Below are positions 12,001 through 18,000 of a DNA stretch of 64,000 nt, one piece after another. Numbering within the stretch: position 1 is the stretch's first letter; each line of letters begins with the position of its first letter. The stretch is from Candidatus Makaraimicrobium thalassicum (GTDB taxonomy: Bacteria > Omnitrophota > Gorgyraeia > Tantalellales > Tantalellaceae): the NCBI GenBank assembly GCA_003644505.1, contig QNCM01000002.1:4414-68413 (forward strand). Reading direction: 5' to 3'. The notes below the pieces were generated by a model. It saw only the letters and a list, made by a program, of their open reading frames with translations, was not told where the DNA came from and searched no databases. The translations under genes were made by a program, and so were the position numbers.

Positions 12001-15000
12001 AAGAGCGGTAATTATGTCGCCTGCAGACAGAGGATAGAAGAAGAGACAAAGAGGCTGCATAGCACATCTCTTTTCCCTTCTTTCAAGAAATTCGAGGGAA
12101 AAGGAGGATTAGGCAGACTGGTGAGCGGCCGCACGGGCAGTGCCGCGGTCAGCCCGCTTCTGACAGAGTTAAACGCAAGGAATGAAACTCTCCTCAGGCT
12201 GAAATACAGAGCAAGACAGAATTTAAGTATGGGAGATTATGACCAGGCGGAAAGGCGTTTCAGGGAGGTACTGGACCAGAACCCTTCAGACAGTGAGATT
12301 GAACAGCTGTTGCTGGATATCTCGCGCAAGAGAGAAGAGGCACAGGAAAAAAGGACAGCGGAGGAACTGGGGCTTTTTGCTGAGTGCCTGAAAAAGGCCG
12401 AAGGACAACTGTCCTCCGGGGACCGGGAGGTATCTGACGGCCGGCTGGAAAGCGCCGAAGAGTATTATAAAAAGGCCCTGCTTGAGCTTGAACGCGCCCC
12501 GCAGGTTGAGATGTCCGCTGTGCGGGTTGATGAAAAGATGAGGGAAGCGATCCGGAGAATAGACAGTATCGGGAAGGAAATAGCCGAAAAGATAAGAGAT
12601 ATACAAGCCGAAAGGCAAAGCCGGGCAGGGGAAACCGGAGTGATCTTTTCCGGTGATGTTGCCGGCGCATTCGACAAAGCGCTTTACCCCCCGGAGGGAA
12701 AGATTACAGTGCCGCCCATACCGGGGAGCGCTCAAAGGATCATACTGGAGGCTGTCAGGAAGGTATCAGAAGGTGACGAAAGGGATGTCAGGGACATACC
12801 CAGCCGCGGGGATGTATGGGTATGCCTCGCCGGCATCTACAGGATAGTTTTTACCCTTACCGACAGCGGGGATATATTTGTTGTCTGGGTCGGCAGCAAG
12901 GACACGGCAAAATACAAAAAAGTGCTCGCGCCTCTTCCCGAAGGCTTTGACCCCGAAAAAATGCTGGACCGGGCCGTGAGAATAGAGGACATTGGATCAG
13001 GCGCGCCAGCCCGGCCTGTTCGCGCTCAAGCAAAGAACAAACCCGGCGGCCCGGCGCTTTTTGTCGATCCGGTGACCCGGCAGATGAGGGCATTGAAGGA
13101 TGAACCCGATGCCGCCGGTATGATATCAGAGCACGAAGCGGTTAACATGGTATGTGACGAACTGGTGTTCAAACAGAAGAGACAGCCGCTGTCCGCGGGA
13201 GATCCCTTGTATGATTTTTTCAGTGAGCTCGTTCCTGATACGGACATATACGTGATTGATGATGCCGCGCTCAAACAGGCATTAGAGAGACTTGCGAAAA
13301 AGAACAGTCAACCCGGCCTCGCCAGTCTCGCAGAAGGCCTTATAACCCATGTCGGCACCTGGCGCGACCCTGCCACGGGCCGACAGAGGGCCCAGAACAT
13401 GTTTATACCGGATTCTGTCTACGGATTTTTGGTGAAGCTTCTGAAAAAAAGGGACTGGTTCCCGGATGCCGGTATACTGCTTGAATTCTGGAGGCTTCAC
13501 GAGAGAATACATTTTTTGTTACGGGAAATTGATATTGACGGGATGATAGCTTCCGGGGAATCGCAGGAAATGGCGGAACTTGTTCTTCTGCTGAGCAGGG
13601 CGGAACGCGCGCTGGAGAAAGGCATGCTGGAAGAGGCTTCGGAATACGCGAAAAAGGCCATTGAGGTCAACACGAACCTTGCGGTTACGCTTGAATTAAA
13701 TGGGCGCATAAGTGAGGTCAGGAAAGACTGGGACGAGGCATTTCAGGATTATTTGATAGCCCTGGCAGCGGCAAATTTACAGAGCAAAGAGATAACCATA
13801 GGGCATCCGCTGGAGAGCAGGGTGCTGAATATGCTTAAAAAAATTACCACAGCCAGCCCCAAGAAAGTCTTCAGGGGCGTCATGGATCAAGTAGAGTTCC
13901 TGAAAAGTCTGGGGCAGACTTCTCCGGTATCAGATGAAGACAGGGAAAGACATATAATCACTTATTTCGGCATTCTGCCTGTCACGTGCAGATACGCGAC
14001 CCCGCCATTACAGATAAAGCCGGCTCAATGGGATCTGACGATGACACGGTTCCAGGTAGCCGTTGCTGACAGGTTATTGGAACTGCTCAAAGAAGGAAAG
14101 ATCGTTGATCCGATGGACGGCGGGGAATCCGGCAGGCTTTTATCTTACATTTATTATCTTGCCGGCGAAGCGAGCCGGTCGGCAGGGGATATTGATCAGG
14201 CTGTCGCGTATTTCAGGGAATCGGTCCGTTATGATGAGCCCTTTTCAAGGTCGCCGGCGGCACTGGCTGTTTCTCTGGCGCACAGGGACGGGACCCCGGG
14301 ATCTGTTGAAGAGGCATATCAGGTCCTTTCCTCGGCCGAGGAACAATTCGGCCCCCTGGATGTGTTCAGTTCGGCGAGAGAATACGTCCGGGAAACGGAA
14401 GAATGGATCCTGGTTCATGAAGAGGCCCTTGAACTGTTCAGGCGGTGCGATTATGAGGCTTGCCAACGCTGTATAACAGAGGCGAGGAGAAAGAAAGGCG
14501 AAACAGCCCTCCCTGCTCCTTTGAGCGTTTCTTTGGAAAACCTGCGGAAAAGCGCCCGTTTAGCGGACAGGTTAAAGAACAGGGGGATAGAAAGTTTCAA
14601 GAATCAGGATTATATGGCGGCTGAGAAGTGTTTTGAAGCGGTATTAGAGGAGAACCCTGCTGATGAGGAAGTGATGGGATTACGCGCCCGGATCCGGGAA
14701 ATCAAAGAGGAAAGACAAAAGAAAACAACGGCTGCGGATACCGCGGATAAACGTGATCAGGCAACGGAAAAATGCTACCTTGCGGTGCAAAAATTCCGTC
14801 TTATTGCCGAAAGGCAGGAAAATGCCGGACGGTTAAGCAGGGCCAGTAAGAATTACAGAAAGGCACTGGCCGAGCTTGAAGAAGTGCCGCCTTTTTATAC
14901 CGCAATCGGACAGATTCGGAGGCAAATAGAAAAGAAACTGGCCGCCATAAAGGGCCTGCCCGATAAAACGGTAAGGAAAGGCGAAAAATCCGGACCGCAA

Positions 15001-18000
15001 GAAAGGAAGAAAAAGAAAAAAAGGAAACGAGCTGCCGCGGCAGAACCGGAAATACCCGGGGAAATAAAAAGCCGGAGAGATGTTAAAGTCATTAAAAGAC
15101 AGGTGTTCCTTTCCAGGGAAGCCGTTGATGTGTTAACAAAAAAGAAGACGGTATCAAAGAAGGATCGGGAGAACATACTGGTAACCGTCAAAACCGTCAG
15201 CCAGGTGCCGGACAGGGAGATGCTGAAGAAGCTGCATCTGAACCTGCACGGCAGTCTCTTTAGCAGGAAGGTCGGCAAGTTAAACGTAATATTTACCATT
15301 ATGGACGACGAAAGTATATTGGTCCTTCGGGTGGGCAAGCTGGCTAAAACAGCGCATAAGAAAATGATCAACTTGTTCCCTGAACACTTTGATTACAGGT
15401 CGATCCTGAAGAATGCCGTAAGAATAGAGGATCTTGAGAAAAAGCCCCTGCCCCGGAAGGAAAGGCCCACCATGAAAGCGCCGGGTTCTTTATCAATGGA
15501 TGAGGACCGCCGTGTCGATAAACAATATATTACGGGCCTCGTCTCAAAGGCCACGGAAAGGACAGGGGAAGTCAGTATTCCGGATGCGGCGGATTATATC
15601 AACCGGCACGCCCCGCCGCTAAAGGCCGCGAATGTCGAACCCGGCGGGATACGGATATTTACCGTGGACAGCCTCGGGGATAAGATGGGCATCCCGCGGT
15701 TCAAGGGCGCGGAAAAAGCGTCTGATCTTGTTTACGCGTACGGAGTATTTAATGAACAGGAAGATGCCCTTAAGATATACGTAACCAGAGGGTATTTTGA
15801 TACGCATTTAAAAGGCGATGTTTTAGCTCTGGCCGAGATCATAGACCATGAATATACGGAGAATGTTCTTGGCTATTCCCACCGCGTGGCAGCCTCACGT
15901 TCCCGCAGATTCGTTCCAAAAGGCGGTTTTTTGAGTCCTTTCCATTATTTTTATATCAACCGGATAATATCCGAAGGCGATTATTCTTTGGCGAACTCTT
16001 TCGTGCCGGGAAGGAGCGCCTCCGAGGATGTCATAAAAGCCTATAAAGGGGACAAAGACGCGATCGGGGAGATCGAGTCGTATGAAAGGTTGTTTTTCAG
16101 GTACCTGCTCCTTTCAGAATGGCTCAGGAAAGCGGACGCGGAGAAAGATCATAACATATTAGTAGCCGAATATGCCTCGAGAGCACATGAGATACTGGAA
16201 AGCGCTCCGGAGATAGTATTGACTGAAGAGCAGAGCCGGATATATAAAGAAATATCCCCTGAAAGGTTTCGTGTCCGCGAGTATGAAAACGCGCGAAAGG
16301 GTTTTAAACCATTATCCGGCAAAAGTGAAGAGGATGATGTCGGCCGGCATCGCGGGGAAAAGCCCTTGGCGGGAGAGACCGTTGACCGGTTCGCTTACCG
16401 TATGCCCCGAAGAATGTCTGAGATACTCGAGAAAAGGATAGAAGAAGCTGCCGCTGAACAGAAGATCTCCGATGAAGATTATGGACGGTTCTTAAGACAC
16501 GGATTGGCATGGATAGACAAAGGGCCAAAGGAGCATTTCGAACATAGTCTTAAGATTTATTTTCTTGCCACGGAAGTCATGAACACGGGCCTGTCCGCGG
16601 ATAATCAAATAAAAGGTCACAGACAAATAATGAAACACATCAAGCTTTATTTAAGAACGCGGTATGTGATCGGAAAGTTTAAAGGGAAATATGGTTATGA
16701 CGCTGTAAAACAGGTAATGGCGCGGCTCAGGGATTACCCCCGATATACCCGTCTTCTTGAGTTTTACCGTAATCAGTACGGGGAGTTTGTGGGCAAAGAC
16801 GGGGAAGAAGACGAAGAAGCCCTGATTGGGGACCTGCTCGGCCGTTTTGTGGCCAACAGAGCATTAGGCGCCGGGACAGTTGAACTTCTGGATGAAAACG
16901 GAATGGTCAGAAGACTGGAAGACTTTTGGCCTCTTGCTTCATGTGTTATCAAGAACGGGCTGGGGATGCTGGAAAATGAGCTTGATAAGGACAAGGATGT
17001 AATTTTTAATAAAGACATGCAGCTTAAGGCCAAATATAAAACGGCAAAAGACGAACAGGAGCAGCTTGAAAAGCGGATATTTCAGCTCTTGAACAAAGCC
17101 CCCTGCACGAAAAAGGAACTGGCAGAGGTCATACGTATTTTAGATCCGGAGGCTGAAACTCGCCTGGGGGGTGAGGAGGAATTGGAAGCATTTTTAGAGG
17201 AAGATATCGACATCATAGCCAGACACCTGAGATCATTCGGCTACAGCGCCCTTGACCGGCCTGTTCTGACGAAAGCCTTTGTTTTTCTTGAAAATAAGCT
17301 TATGACGGCAGCTTCTTTTGATATATTCTTAAGAGTCGTCGGGTTTCTTGACCGTAAAAATATGATTGACGCTACTCTTGAGGCGGGCATAACTTTTGAA
17401 AGCGCTCTTATTTCGCATATGCGTGACTTGAACGGAGCTGGACGTTTAAAAAACAGGCTGAGAAGTTTAACTGCCGCCAGCGGCCTGTCTGTAGGGCAGG
17501 CCGCGGAAGAGGTCGGTTGTTCCGTTGCTGCGATGCTCAGATGGCGGATCGGCGAATACGATCCTCTACCAAGATATCTGCCCAGAATGGCAGAGGTGTT
17601 CAGCGGGAGGACAGGGGAGCCGGTATCGACTTCAGTGCTGGTATACGGCGAACCGTTGAACGATGTGCTGCAAAGGACATCTACTTTCGGCGAACGGCTG
17701 TTCATTCTGGCCAGGCTTTCCGGACTGGGCCAGGAAGGGGTAGGCAGAATAATAGGACGGAAAGGCGCGACCATAGGAAGATGGACGCGCGAGGTTTATA
17801 TGCCGAAGGAGGAACCGGATTATTTTAAATTAGCCGGGTTATTCAGTAAACGTTTAAAAAAGAAGATTGATGTGGCGACCCTGATATCCGGCATAAGCCT
17901 GGATAAATTCCTGCGCAGAGAGAGAGTAATGTCCCCGAAAGGCGGCGGGGATATCCAGGTTACCCCGGGGCTCAGGATCAAGGTTTTAAGGATGTCATGC

